Shown here one piece after another: positions 39,918 through 50,810 of a stretch of 64,000 nucleotides of DNA; within the stretch, counting starts at the first letter, position 1, and the number at the start of each line of letters is the position of its first letter. Where the stretch lies: the NCBI RefSeq assembly GCF_006345805.1, contig NW_021832430.1, positions 372,001-436,000 on the forward strand, read 5' to 3'. The stretch is from Octopus sinensis. Lineage: Eukaryota. The translations under genes and the position numbers were made by a program. The notes under the pieces were generated by a model. It was not told where the DNA came from and ran no database searches. It worked only from the letters and a program-made list of their open reading frames with translations.

Positions 39918-42900
39918 ATGCCTCAACCTTCATTATTAAATTTCTTTAAGAAAAGTAAAAACGCGGAACAGACAACAACCCAAATTTCCAAACCTCTAAA
40001 TTCAACACCACTGAAAAGTCCTAACATAATAGAGAAATGTTCTTCTATACGGAGACGTGCCAGCATGGTAATAAGCAGTGAAGATGAATCGGTTTCTATG
40101 ACGGAAGAGTCTTTTACACAAAATGAACCAAAAATAGCACGAAAATCGACGACTTGTGCGCCACTTATGAATGAGACGAATGGACAATTCAGTCATTTTA
40201 ATTTTGAATTTTTATCCACTGAAAATATTTGGTGAAATTATTTAAAACTAGTTTTTAGTGACCGAAATGGATTACATAACACCGATCCGGACTATGATTC
40301 GTCTAGTCTGTTAGTACCACGCGAATTTCTCAAAAAGCAAACTCCTGTATTGGCATTATTTATATTCATCAGGCAATGAGGCAGTGGTGGGAGATCAAGT
40401 CTCGGAATTATGACGTCATCCTTCTCTTCAAAATGGGCAAGTTCTACGAATCCTTTCACATGGACGCCATTGTATGTGTTCAGGAATTGGGAATAGCTTA
40501 CATGAAAGTATTTATTTAATTAATTTACTAAAATATGTAATGGTGTGATTAGGGTGACTATGCTCATGCTGGTTTTCCGGAGGCCTCATTTAGTCGGTAT
40601 GCCTCAGTGTTGGTAGAGAGAGGATATCGTGTTGGACGAATAGAACAGACGGAAACTCCTGAAATGGCCAAACAGAACTTAGGTTGATTCAATAATATAC
40701 TCCAATTTAGAGAAAGTTGTCCGCCGAGAGCTTTGTCAAATTGAAAGCATAGGAACCAGAAGAGAGCAAGCAGGCCATACTCCCCAATATTTGCTGTCCT
40801 TTTCCGAAGACCCCAACGAGGACGGAACTGCTGAAATAGGTGTTGTCTTTGTAGACACCACTATCGGAAAATTTCATGTAAATTTATGAAGATTCTAAAT
40901 TAAGTTGTGCCAGTTTAAAGACGACAAACTTCGGTCTAATCTCAGAATTATTAACTCCAATTTCCCCATTGGTCACATACTCTCTCGGAGTGTCAAAGCT
41001 TTGTCAACGGACACCAAATCATTTCTGGAATCGTTGCCTTCTGTACTTAGATCGACGTTTCCGGTCAACTCGAGTTCTTGGTCGGCTGAGAGTACAATGA
41101 GAGACCTCCGGGAAAAAGATTATTTAACAAAATTTCCAACTGATTTATTACAACAACTAACATTTGACGGTGTCATGCCAAGGGAAGACAGGGACTTAGT
41201 AATGAGAGCATTTGGAGGGATTATATTCTATCTGCGAAGATGTCTGATCGACGACGAACTCTTATCGATGGGGAATGTGGTGTGGTATGAACTCTCTACT
41301 GGAGGGCATGTCGCATATCGACAATTTCCAGAATCTAAGCGAATGGTCTTACTAAATAATCTGTAATTGTAGATAATTGATTCTGTTACTCATCAAAATT
41401 TAAATATCACGGGTTCGAATGGGAATAGTCTCTTTGATGTTCTGAATAACTGCAAAACCCAATTTGGTAAATTTGTTATGATGCTTATACATAGGTAAAC
41501 GATTATTGTATACTTGGGTTTGTAATCCAGCGTGTTCTTCCGTCGTTATAAACGATAGATTAGATGCTATTGAGGATTTAAGAGCCAACCGCTCTCTTCT
41601 CCAGGAGAGTTGGTTGGAAATGTCAGCCCTCCCTGATCTTGAAAGAATGTTGTCAAGGTTTTCTTAATCCTTTTATTATTATCTCAATTCACAAAATTTG
41701 TGTAGAATTCACCAATATGGGAGCAAAAATAGAGCGACCTCTCATCCCGACAGTCGAGCAATATTTTTTGACGAAGAAAAGCGGGTTCGACGAAGGATCA
41801 CCGATTTCCTTTCCGTCCTACGGGGAATGGGAAAGGCGTTCAATATTTGTCTTGGTTTTGGAAAACTTGTATCATCATTTCGGTCTTTTTTGTATTTTCT
41901 ACTGCTAGATCTCGACAACTTATATCAACCCTAACCTTAATTGAGGATGGAGGCAATCTGCCGGACGTGACTGACCTTCTTGATCATTTTATGGTTTATA
42001 GCGAATATTGTGTATTCGTCTTAGAACTCCTATGATTTGGCCGGCTCAGACTCGGCTGGGACAATTCTACCACTCAGTGGAGTGGATCCAGATTTTGACA
42101 AAGCCTGTGTGTTGGAAGAAGAAGCCATCAAATCCATAGAGGACTATTTGACCGCACAAAAATTTATATATGGAACCAAGGACATGAGTTATGTAGGGAC
42201 GGGTCGAAATCGCTATCAGCTGGAAGTTCCAGAATGGTAACTTTTATTTCAAAGAATCTTCCATAGGTTGGAAATTGAAGGTGAACTGATGGGACAACGG
42301 AAGGGTTATCGAAGGTATAGAAGCCATGAATTGATTTCACTGATAACTAAATTAACCCAATGTGAAGAAAATAAGGCAGCCGTGTCTAAAGATATGCTTA
42401 GAGCTGTTCTAGAGTCATTTGATGCACAGTATAAGGATGTTTGCTGATATTAGTTATGGAGAATGGATTGGGGTCGTGGAGTGCGTCTCCGTTCTTGATG
42501 TTCTGTGTTCTCTCACGTATTACAGTCTCCAGTCCGCCGAAATGACTCGCCCCACCATAAATCCAGTTTGTCTTGGTTTTATAAACTGTGAAGAGCCAGT
42601 CTCCTTATTTGAGAATATCGAGAGGACTTCACCCAATTCTAAGTAGAAAGTCTGATTTTATTCCAAATGACCTTTCTATTGAAGGAACTAATCAGCTTAT
42701 GTTCATCACTGGGGCAAATATGGGTGGAAAGTCCACTTTAATGAGAATGGCTGGTCTTTTAGTTCTTATGACTCATTTGGTACTTCAAAGAATGTAATAT
42801 TTTGTAGGGGAGTTTTGTTCCCGCCAGAGAATGTACTATGTCTCCCGTTGACCGTATTTTTACTCGTTTGGGAGCTTCAGACCGGATTAACGAGGGACAA

Positions 42901-43460
42901 AGCACTTTTTTCGTAGAATTAATTGAAACCTCGTCCATCCTCAAATACGCAACTAACAATTCATTTGTCCTGTTGGATGAACTAGGCTTGTCCTGTCAGT
43001 TCTCTAGATGTAGGGAGGGGCACCGCCACTTACGATGGAACAGCCATAGCTAAGGCGGTAACATCCCATTTGGGCCGTGTTGGATGTAGATGCTTATTCG
43101 CTACTCATTACCATTGTTTATTGGCAGATTTTCCCACTTTTCCTAGGGGTTTCATGGTTTGATGATATTTGACGAATATTAGGCTTGTCATGTGGACGAT
43201 CGGGAAATCGTTACTTTTCTTTATAGTTTTGTAAATGGTTCTTCGCCTAGTTATGGACTTAACGTTGCACGATTGGCAGGACTTCCAGAAAATGTTTCTT
43301 TTTGTTAGTTTATATTTATTAGATCATAAGGACGGCACGCGTCATTGGAGATCGATTAGAGCGGTCGAATTTTCGCATTCAGATTGTGAGGGCAGTGTTG
43401 AATTCCATTTCGTTGAAGGACAAATCATTGTTGGAATCATTGTCGTCTTATTTTGATTGA
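39918..43460 (+). CDS. MSH6: DNA mismatch repair protein MSH6, many micro-introns
   Basis: PIP box [10 protein letters not shown]; [22 protein letters not shown]; AHAGFPE; IEQTETP; [13 protein letters not shown]; [11 protein letters not shown]; [13 protein letters not shown]; FATHYH; [11 protein letters not shown]; TGA at 43458-43460. Confidence 0.96.
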
Positions 43461-43549
43461 GACTTATTTTTTGTAAAGGATTGTTTTTTTAGTCGATATC
43501 AAAGGGGAATTCCCATGGCTAGTTATCCCTTCAGTCTCAACTATAAATT

Positions 43550-45294
43550 TTTTTATTTTATTTATTTAACCCAAGAATCACCAACAGTTAATTAGGGTAA
43601 TTAATTAGGTGATTCCAACAATCCTCAAAATCTTTCTCAGCTTTTCCCGATGTTGGACTCTGGACCCAACGCAAGTGCGGGACGGGCGGGGAGCAGTTTT
43701 TGTGAGGAATTGAATCGGGGTGATGTGCTTCTGGTTGTTAAGGTCTTTTGGCAGGTGGTCTTGTTGGATGGCTAAGAAACCCTTTCCATCTTTCTTAATA
43801 AGGTGGTCAAGCGGAGTTGGGATAATGTTGTTCAAGTTGGAAATTTTCGTTATGCTAGCCGCGGCTCGGCATAGTGTAGTCTCGATTTTAAGGCGGTTAG
43901 ACCATGAGAGATTAGTACTCCATGCGGCGCAGGCATAGCCAATTGTTGGTAAGATGAATTGTTTGTAGAGAGTGCCGAAAGCCGGGAACGGTATCTTTAG
44001 TCCGCCAAAAATCGATTTGATTAGTCCAATCTTTCTCTGACTGGATCCGATGGCCTTCTCTAAATGGGCAGTAAAACACATGTGGGTGTCAAAAGTGACC
44101 CCCAGGATTTTAGGGTTCTTCGTGAATGGGATCTTTTCGTTGTCCAGAAAAAGATCAACAGTATGGCTTCCAAGTCTCTTGTCCGACGTAATTAAGGTAG
44201 TGGACGATTTTTCGGGGAGATGTTCATCCTGTTTTGACATAGCCAAGTTCGAATTTGTAATAAGAGATCTTGTGTTCTTTTGGAAGCTTTCGAGATGTCT
44301 TGATCACGTGATCCAATGAGTAGGTCGTCAGCGTAGGCGAGAATGAATGAGTCTTCCATTTCAGGGTTAGGAATGTCGGATAGGTATAAATTGAATAGAG
44401 CAGGAGAGAGGGGGAGCCTTGGAAAACTCCATTTGGAAGTAATCTTGAGATTGATTTGATTCCATTCAGGCATACACGCCCTCTCCTTTCGCTGAGGAAA
44501 TTCGAAAGCCAGAGTTTTATGTTCGAGTCGATCGATAGGCCGAATATTTTCGTTGAATACTAAATTTGGAAAGACCACTATTGCCAACATATATGTTCCA
44601 CCCCCTCCGTCTTGTCCAAAGGGATTCAATCCAAACTTCTCAAAGCTATCCAATTTAAAGAACCTTTTTATTTGCGGAGACTTGGACGCAAAGCATCCGA
44701 CTTGGCTTAAATCCCAACGGGCAGACTCGAGAGGATGTCTCTATTGAAACAACTCTTTGCCATGTCTTTCCTTAACAATCCGAAGACCCACACTAGGACA
44801 CCTTATAAGGATACCGAATGGTTAACATCTCCGGACATTAAACTATCCTCAACTAACTTATCTTCGGCCATTTCATGGACAGTAGACTACGATCTTAATT
44901 CAGATCACAATCCAATCATCATCATGATCAAAAAAACCCTTCCCCGTACGAACAAAGCTATGTCCTTTTTCAATTACAAGAGCGCAAACTGGGAGGGATA
45001 TGCTAACTTCACCGACGCAATGCTGCAAAACTTTGATACTAAACTGTTCAAATCAATCGACGGAGCTGTACCTAAATGAGGCGATCTTGCTGGGTAGAAA
45101 ACTATTTATCCCAAAATGCACTTACCATCACTTCGAAGAAAATCTCAACCAGGAGACAAAAATTCTTATTAGAAAAAGAAACTTTCTTAAAAAGAATCTA
45201 ATTTCTATTCCCGGAGGAAGAAAAGAAATAAAGAATCTAAATGATACCATCACTAAGAAACTGAAAGCATCCCAAAGAAGTTGGGAAAAACAAA
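43550..45294 (-). mobile_element. Family A Ingi/Vingi-like LINE with 5' inversion
   Basis: RT and 3' end on the minus strand (~44555 to 43560), APE and linker on the plus strand (~44555-45294), all inside a 13-bp TSD TCAACTATAAATT (43537-49 / 45295-307). Confidence 0.9.
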
Positions 45295-45526
45295 TCAACT
45301 ATAAATTATATTAAAAAGACCTTTAATTAAAAAAAAGACTGAAAATTCAATGTCCTTTTATATTAATTTAGTTTTACGTAATATTCAATTCAAACATATA
45401 ACTTTTTTAATTATTTAATAGTGTCCATAAAGGTCGTGGTGAACTTTTGACAGGCTGTGCAGTTATTCTACTATATTTTTAATATATTTTAATAAAAATA
45501 ATTATTGACAAGAAAATTTTCAATAT

Positions 45527-46523
45527 ATGAATTCAAAAGAGCTAGTTAATATTTGCCAATTATTTAAAAATTTCAATAAAGCGGATTTTAATTTACAAAA
45601 ATATATAGAATGGCTCAAAGCATATTCCCAGGTATCAAATATAATCTGGAACTATGAAATAGAAAGCTGTACTATGGGCAGAACACAATTTGGTACTGAA
45701 ACCTATTTTAGTTTAAAGGGAATCTGCCATTTGAATCAAACTGTGTGCAAGATGTGCAACAGATATTATCACAGCGAAATATCGAGTCCTCAATTACTGA
45801 CTGGGAATCATACTACAGATCTCGAAAACTTTCATCAACGTCTCCACTGGCTGTTGTGCTTCACTGGCCACTAACATTATATTATATTCTCAAAAATTGT
45901 AAAAATGATACAATTAGTTTTGTTAGGTTATAAACAGATTTGTTCTGATGAGTTGACCATTCATTTAGTAGGATGTCAGAAAGAGGCAGATTTATCTCTT
46001 ATTTTTCTGGTTTTTGAGATTGATCGATTTTCTTAGGAATTGAATTACTTAATGCCCGGGATATATTTCAATATTATATTTATTGGTCCCGAAATTTCCA
46101 TTCACGTTGACGGAAAGTCTATCCGATTTCAGAATTGCCACTTTTGTTTCATTAAAAATTGCTACCATCATATCAATACAATAAGACCTCCTGATTTATT
46201 TTTAGGTTTTCTGCTACAAATTTATTTAATAGCATTTAACGCAGGTTTGCCAGCATATGAAAGTTGGTTGGACACTCTGAAATATATAATTGTTAAATTC
46301 CATGTTATAATCATTTTAGAAAAAGGATTTTCGGATTTTTTTTACTGATTATTGTCTGGAAATTTATGAATACACTCTCAAATGCGTTAATGAAGCCGAA
46401 CTTGCATGCTTTATGTCATTACCAATCCAAAATCCTTTTTGCTCTCCTGTTCCTATCTTCAATAGTGATGTTTATGCTTTGCCAAACTTATATATTTTTG
46501 AGATTATCAGAATGAGTAACTAA
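45527..46523 (+). CDS. ZMYND15/MSS51-family protein; start uncertain
   Basis: ITDWESYYRSRKLSSTSPLAVVLHWPLTLYYIL, IHLVG..E, FIGPE, YH..PDL..AFNAG..SWLDTL, NPFCSP match the recalled ZMYND15 C-terminal domain. Confidence 0.65.
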
Positions 46524-46899
46524 TTTCTTTTTTATCATTAAATTCAGCTCAATGAGAATTTGTGTCATTTTTAATGATATTTATTTTTTCGAGTCTCGAT
46601 GAATTATTTAGAAACTTAGATATTTCATTTTTCAAATTGTATTGATTATATTTTAGAGAATTTATAGAACCAGTAGGCATTGACTAAATATCATTGATTC
46701 GTCTATCGCCAGCATACGCACCTCAATCGTTGTCTAGCATAAACTCGTTGTCAGCATTGTGGTTTACGATAAGGTCATCAGGGAGATTGTTATCGTGAAA
46801 GTGGGCATCACTAGCTATGGTGGGTGCTTGAAAAAGTAGTCGAGAGCCTAAGGATCAGCTCACGGACGCCGCACTGCATATTGTATGATAGCGTGGCGA

Positions 46900-47090
46900 G
46901 AAATTCTCCTGGCACTCTTCTTATACAAAATAGGATTAAAAAATTTTATTTTTATGTAAACCGATCTGAAGCATGCAAATTGATAGGCGAAAAATATTAA
47001 AAAACTTGAATGGTTTACTCAAAGTCCTGATTTAGATCCATAGAGCACATCTGGGCCTACATAAAGTATAAATTTCGAGGGTTGGGACTA
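46900..47090 (+). mobile_element. Tc1-like transposase C-terminal fragment
   Basis: LEWFTQSPDLDP/IEHIWAYIKYKF. Confidence 0.6.
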
Positions 47091-47126
47091 CTCAAGCCAG
47101 AATAATAAGCATGTATACCATTTCCC

Positions 47127-47336
47127 ATACTAAATGGGATTAACACTAAACTAAGTGGGATTAACGTCAAACTAAGTGGGATTAACAGCAAACTAAGTGG
47201 GATTAGCAGAAAACTAAGTGGGATTAATGTCAAACTAAGTGGGATTAACATCAAACTAAGTGCGATTAGCAGAAAACTAAATGGGATTAACATCAAACTA
47301 AGTGGGATTAATAACAAATTTAATGGGATTAATAAA
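47127..47336 (+). repeat. 21-bp minisatellite x10 (AAACTAAGTGGGATTA + 5 variable nt)
   Basis: Units start at 47148, 47169, 47190 ... 47316; stop-free as (K-L-S-G-I-N-x)n. Confidence 0.95.
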
Positions 47337-47345
47337 GGATCCAAG

Positions 47346-47465
47346 CCACGATCCAAGAGAGTATTCTTGGCTCCTGGAACGTCTGTCGATTGCTGTGATC
47401 CGAGGGAACGGCTTCGCCATTCGCGAGGCTGGCCGGGTGTCTCGTGAGACCAGTAATTAGCTTTG
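47346..47465 (+). mobile_element. CRE 3' tip, near-identical to 19162-19285
   Basis: cacgatccaagagag..ttcttggctcctggaacgtctgtcgattgctgtgatccgagggaacggcttcgccattcgcgaggctgg matches the 19 kb copy with only a few substitutions. Confidence 0.9.
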
Positions 47466-47569
47466 CTATCTTTTCACTTCCTTATTGTTTTGATAAATTA
47501 AAAAAAATAAAATAAAAAATAAAGGATTACGTTTATTATAAATATTATATTTCGACGCAGCAAATAAAA

Positions 47570-47725
47570 ATGCCATGTAAATCATTGGAAGAGAAAAATC
47601 AAATGCATAGAAATAAAATACGTTTAATTTCAGCTGTAGAATCAGGTAAGGATAAAAAAACAGCACTTGAACTCAATTTCTCGAGAACAACAGCATATCG
47701 TTGGATAAGGGATGGAGTTAAACCT
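47570..47725 (+). mobile_element. Transposase HTH fragment (Tc1/IS630-like)
   Basis: KIRLISAVESGKDKKTALELNFSRTTAYRWIR. Confidence 0.45.
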
Positions 47726-48114
47726 TGCGTATGCTGGCGATAGACGAATCAATAATATCAATGATAAAGGATGGAGCTAAACCTGACACGATAAAGGATG
47801 AAGTTCATTTAGTATAGAATAATTTTTTGAAGATAACAAATATTCTATTTCAACAAATAGTTGCCTTTTAATACTATTTTTAAAACAAAGGCAATTAATC
47901 TAGCTTTTATGGATGCAAATAATCTAGTTTTATTTTTAATGAAAAATTGTACGATACAAATTTTTTTGGGTTTTTCGGGCTAAAATCAAATAATTTGGCA
48001 AGTCGGTTAATGTCACGCTAAAGTGAAACGCTGTAACCTTGAATTTAACCTTCAATTAAGCTCTTGACAATTATAAACTCAATATTAAAAATGATTTCGC
48101 ACTTTGAGATAATA

Positions 48115-48718
48115 TGTCGCGAGCGCAGCGCGCGACCGAGCGCTAAACGCGACTTTGACAGCTAACAAGCCTATCATCAACAAATATATTTATTAATTAT
48201 TTAAAATTTTAACATGATTTAAAATTAAAATTGAAATAACTTAAGTTTTCCATTGAATCCCATAAAATAATTATAAGTAGACCTTAATAGAAAAAGTAAA
48301 ATCAATGAATACTGAACGCTAATTTGGTTTAGGTTGTGAGGGGGGGTAATAATTTGACGATCTCATTGTTATTTTTTCGTTTTAATCTCTAAAATTAGGT
48401 CTTCTAATCAAAAATGAACTGTGCTGACAGGCGTGCTCCTTCAGAAGATTCTTGTTTTGACATTTTAATAAATTATGAAGCATTTAGATTTTTTCTCATT
48501 ATTCTAAAATATCAATTATAAATTTTAAAATATTATTTTTATTTATGAAATCGTTTTAAAGCTCATTCTGCTTTGGCATCGATTTTAATTTTTGTTATCG
48601 AAATATTTAATCCCAAATACAAGCCTAGGTATTTGTCAATTTATAGATTTTTTGATTGATCGGATCTAGAAATTGAGTGGTCGCTCGCTGCGCTCGGTCG
48701 CTCGCTGCGCTCGCGACA
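48115..48718. mobile_element. 604-bp MITE with TGT...ACA ends and 5-bp TSD
   Basis: TIR TGTCGCGAGCGCAGCG(C/A)GCGACCGAGCGC; TSD TAATA at 48110-14 and 48719-23. Confidence 0.88.
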
Positions 48719-48759
48719 TAATATTATCGGAATGAGATTTGCCAAATTGTAAAGGATGT

Positions 48760-49700
48760 TCAGGAGTATGAGAATATTCTTGATTTTTAATAAATAATAC
48801 AATAGAAGATTTTTCAATACTAAAAAGATTTTGTTTTCTCAAAAAATGTAGAAATTTCGTAAATTCTGGAGGTACTATTAAATCTAATGATAGGTGTGCT
48901 ATATTATGAACAATCTGATGGAAACAAAATATTGGTAATTGCCTCAAATGATTTTGAATCCATGAAACTGCATTGTGAAATGATTCATTCAATTTATCAC
49001 TATGGATTTAATAAAATGGAAGAGTATTGCAAAAATAATTTTTGCATAATCAATCGAAACATAATTAGGGATGTAATATCATCAAGCCACAAATGTCAGC
49101 AAAGTCAGTCCTTAAAGACAAAATATCCACTAGTCAACATAATAGCCAAAGAACCTCGAGAACGGTTCATTCAATAGTTTATTTTTAGCTATCAAGTTGA
49201 TTTAGTCGATCTTTTTTTATTCAGATTTAAATGATTCTTATAATATCTTATGAATGTCATAGATATTTATTCAAAATTTTGCTTTGCTAAAAAATAGAAA
49301 ATAAAGAAGCAGTTACAGTTTCGGAATCATTGAAAACTATATTTCTTTCCTATGGTTCACCAAAAATTCTGCAGTCTGACAACGAAACAGAATTTGTTAA
49401 TTCAGAAATAACGTCATTATGTGAAGAATTTAAAATAATTCATAAAAGGGAACGTCCAAGATATCCAGAATCACAGGGACAAGTGGAGCGTTGTAATCAA
49501 ACCATTTGCAGATGGATTCAAAAAGAACTCACAGGCAAACAGAAAAAATGGGTGAATGTTTTAGAAAAAATTGTATATTAGTACAATATTTCAATTCATT
49601 CTTCTATAAATATGTCACCATTTATGGCTTTTTTCCGTACAAGAGGACATAACATTTCTTATTTTAATGACAATTAATTAATTGAAGAACATGAAAATCA
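48760..49700 (+). pseudogene. Ginger/GIN-like integrase-type transposase (KRABA2/SCAND3-like), decayed, with micro-introns
   Basis: H..HYG zinc region, PRERYQVDLVDL, IDIYSKF, PKILQSDNETEF, RPRYPESQGQVERCNQT, YNISIHSSINMSPF; several stops and frameshifts. Confidence 0.8.
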
Positions 49701-50399
49701 AACTATCATAAATGACAAATATTTTGAAAGAATGGAATGAAATTCTTCAAAAACATTGAAAGAAATTGCAATTGGAAATAATGTTTTGCTGAAAAAAAAT
49801 TTTATTGTTAAAAAATGTAAAAAGGCAAGATTCCATAGTTTATAATATAACCATTATATAAACTTTATATAATAGAATATTTGCTGAAAAAATGCTTCAG
49901 TTAGATTTAGTGAAAAATCATTTGCGTCGATAGTAGTCGGAAGAAACGTTTGAATCCTTTTTTTAGATTCGTGTATATGTGAAATGTGTTTTTACGTAAA
50001 TCTTTGTTTTTCCACAAACCATTTTCTACGAAATGTTACACAAATATCGCATAAATAACAATATAAAGTTCCACCGGGAGTAATTGATAATTCATCGAGA
50101 AATTAGTAGATAATTCTCAAGGCTTTAGATTAGGTGAATTTTTTGACTTAGGAATTATAAAAACGATCATATAATAGTCAGCGTGGTTGAAATTTGATAT
50201 TTACATTAAACAAATTTAAGCTGAAAATTACAAAATGACAAAAATTGACAAAGTTGACCTAGAAACCTTTCGAATAAAAGCATTTGCCTTCATCATCGGC
50301 CTAGACCTGATCAAAAGAATTTTGTTTACTTTACCTTAAGTCTACTAAGTTACTAAAATTAAGTTTTAAAAATAGATCACTCCAGCTTTTGCTCTCTTC

Positions 50400-50810
50400 A
50401 ATGCCTAAAATATTCATTCACTGCATAAGTCGACGCATTTTGTATAATACCACTAAATTTGTCAATGCATTTATGAGAGATCTAGTCAGAATTGCAGTAT
50501 GTCCACGGCAAGGGGCTTTGAAAAACGGAAAAAGGTAATAAAATGCCCAAGCCAGAATAAAGTTATAAAACATGGAAAAGTATAGATTTGATATTGCACA
50601 GGTAGCTCCCACACTTTACAGACTTATTTTCACTTGAATACCTGCCACTAGTAAACTAAAGTTGAAACATTTTATTGCCGACTTTCTAGTCAATTTTCCA
50701 ATTAAGGTTTCAGTAAAAATCAATGGTATTCCTCAGAACACAGCCGTCAGAAAATATGGGATCAAGAAGGCTCCTTGAAATTAAGGAAAGAAACACATTC
50801 TCCTTGACTA
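50400..50810 (-). pseudogene. SLC6 (neurotransmitter:sodium symporter) pseudogene fragment
   Basis: GAFLIPYFLTAVF*GIPLIFTETLIG, FYNFILAWAFYYLF, then frameshifted QSPLPWTYCNSD*..C..AVNEYF. Confidence 0.75.

Noticed and set aside
45944-45990. Hammerhead ribozyme core (CTGATGA...GAAA)
   Set aside because: No proper stem II or flanking stems; the sequence reads as coding (SDELTIHLVGCQKE) in the ZMYND15-like gene.
47127-47336. CRISPR-like repeat-spacer array
   Set aside because: The variable part is only 5 nt, there are no cas genes and the context is eukaryotic; it is a minisatellite. The antisense 99-aa LIPLSL ORF is a by-product of the repeat.
47704-47805. Mini CRISPR (22-bp repeat, 37-nt spacer)
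   Set aside because: Only two imperfect repeats plus a partial one, with unequal spacers.
48680-48718. AAV-ITR or parvoviral Rep-binding element (GCTC repeats)
   Set aside because: No rep/cap sequence or T-shaped hairpin; it is one arm of a MITE with a TSD.
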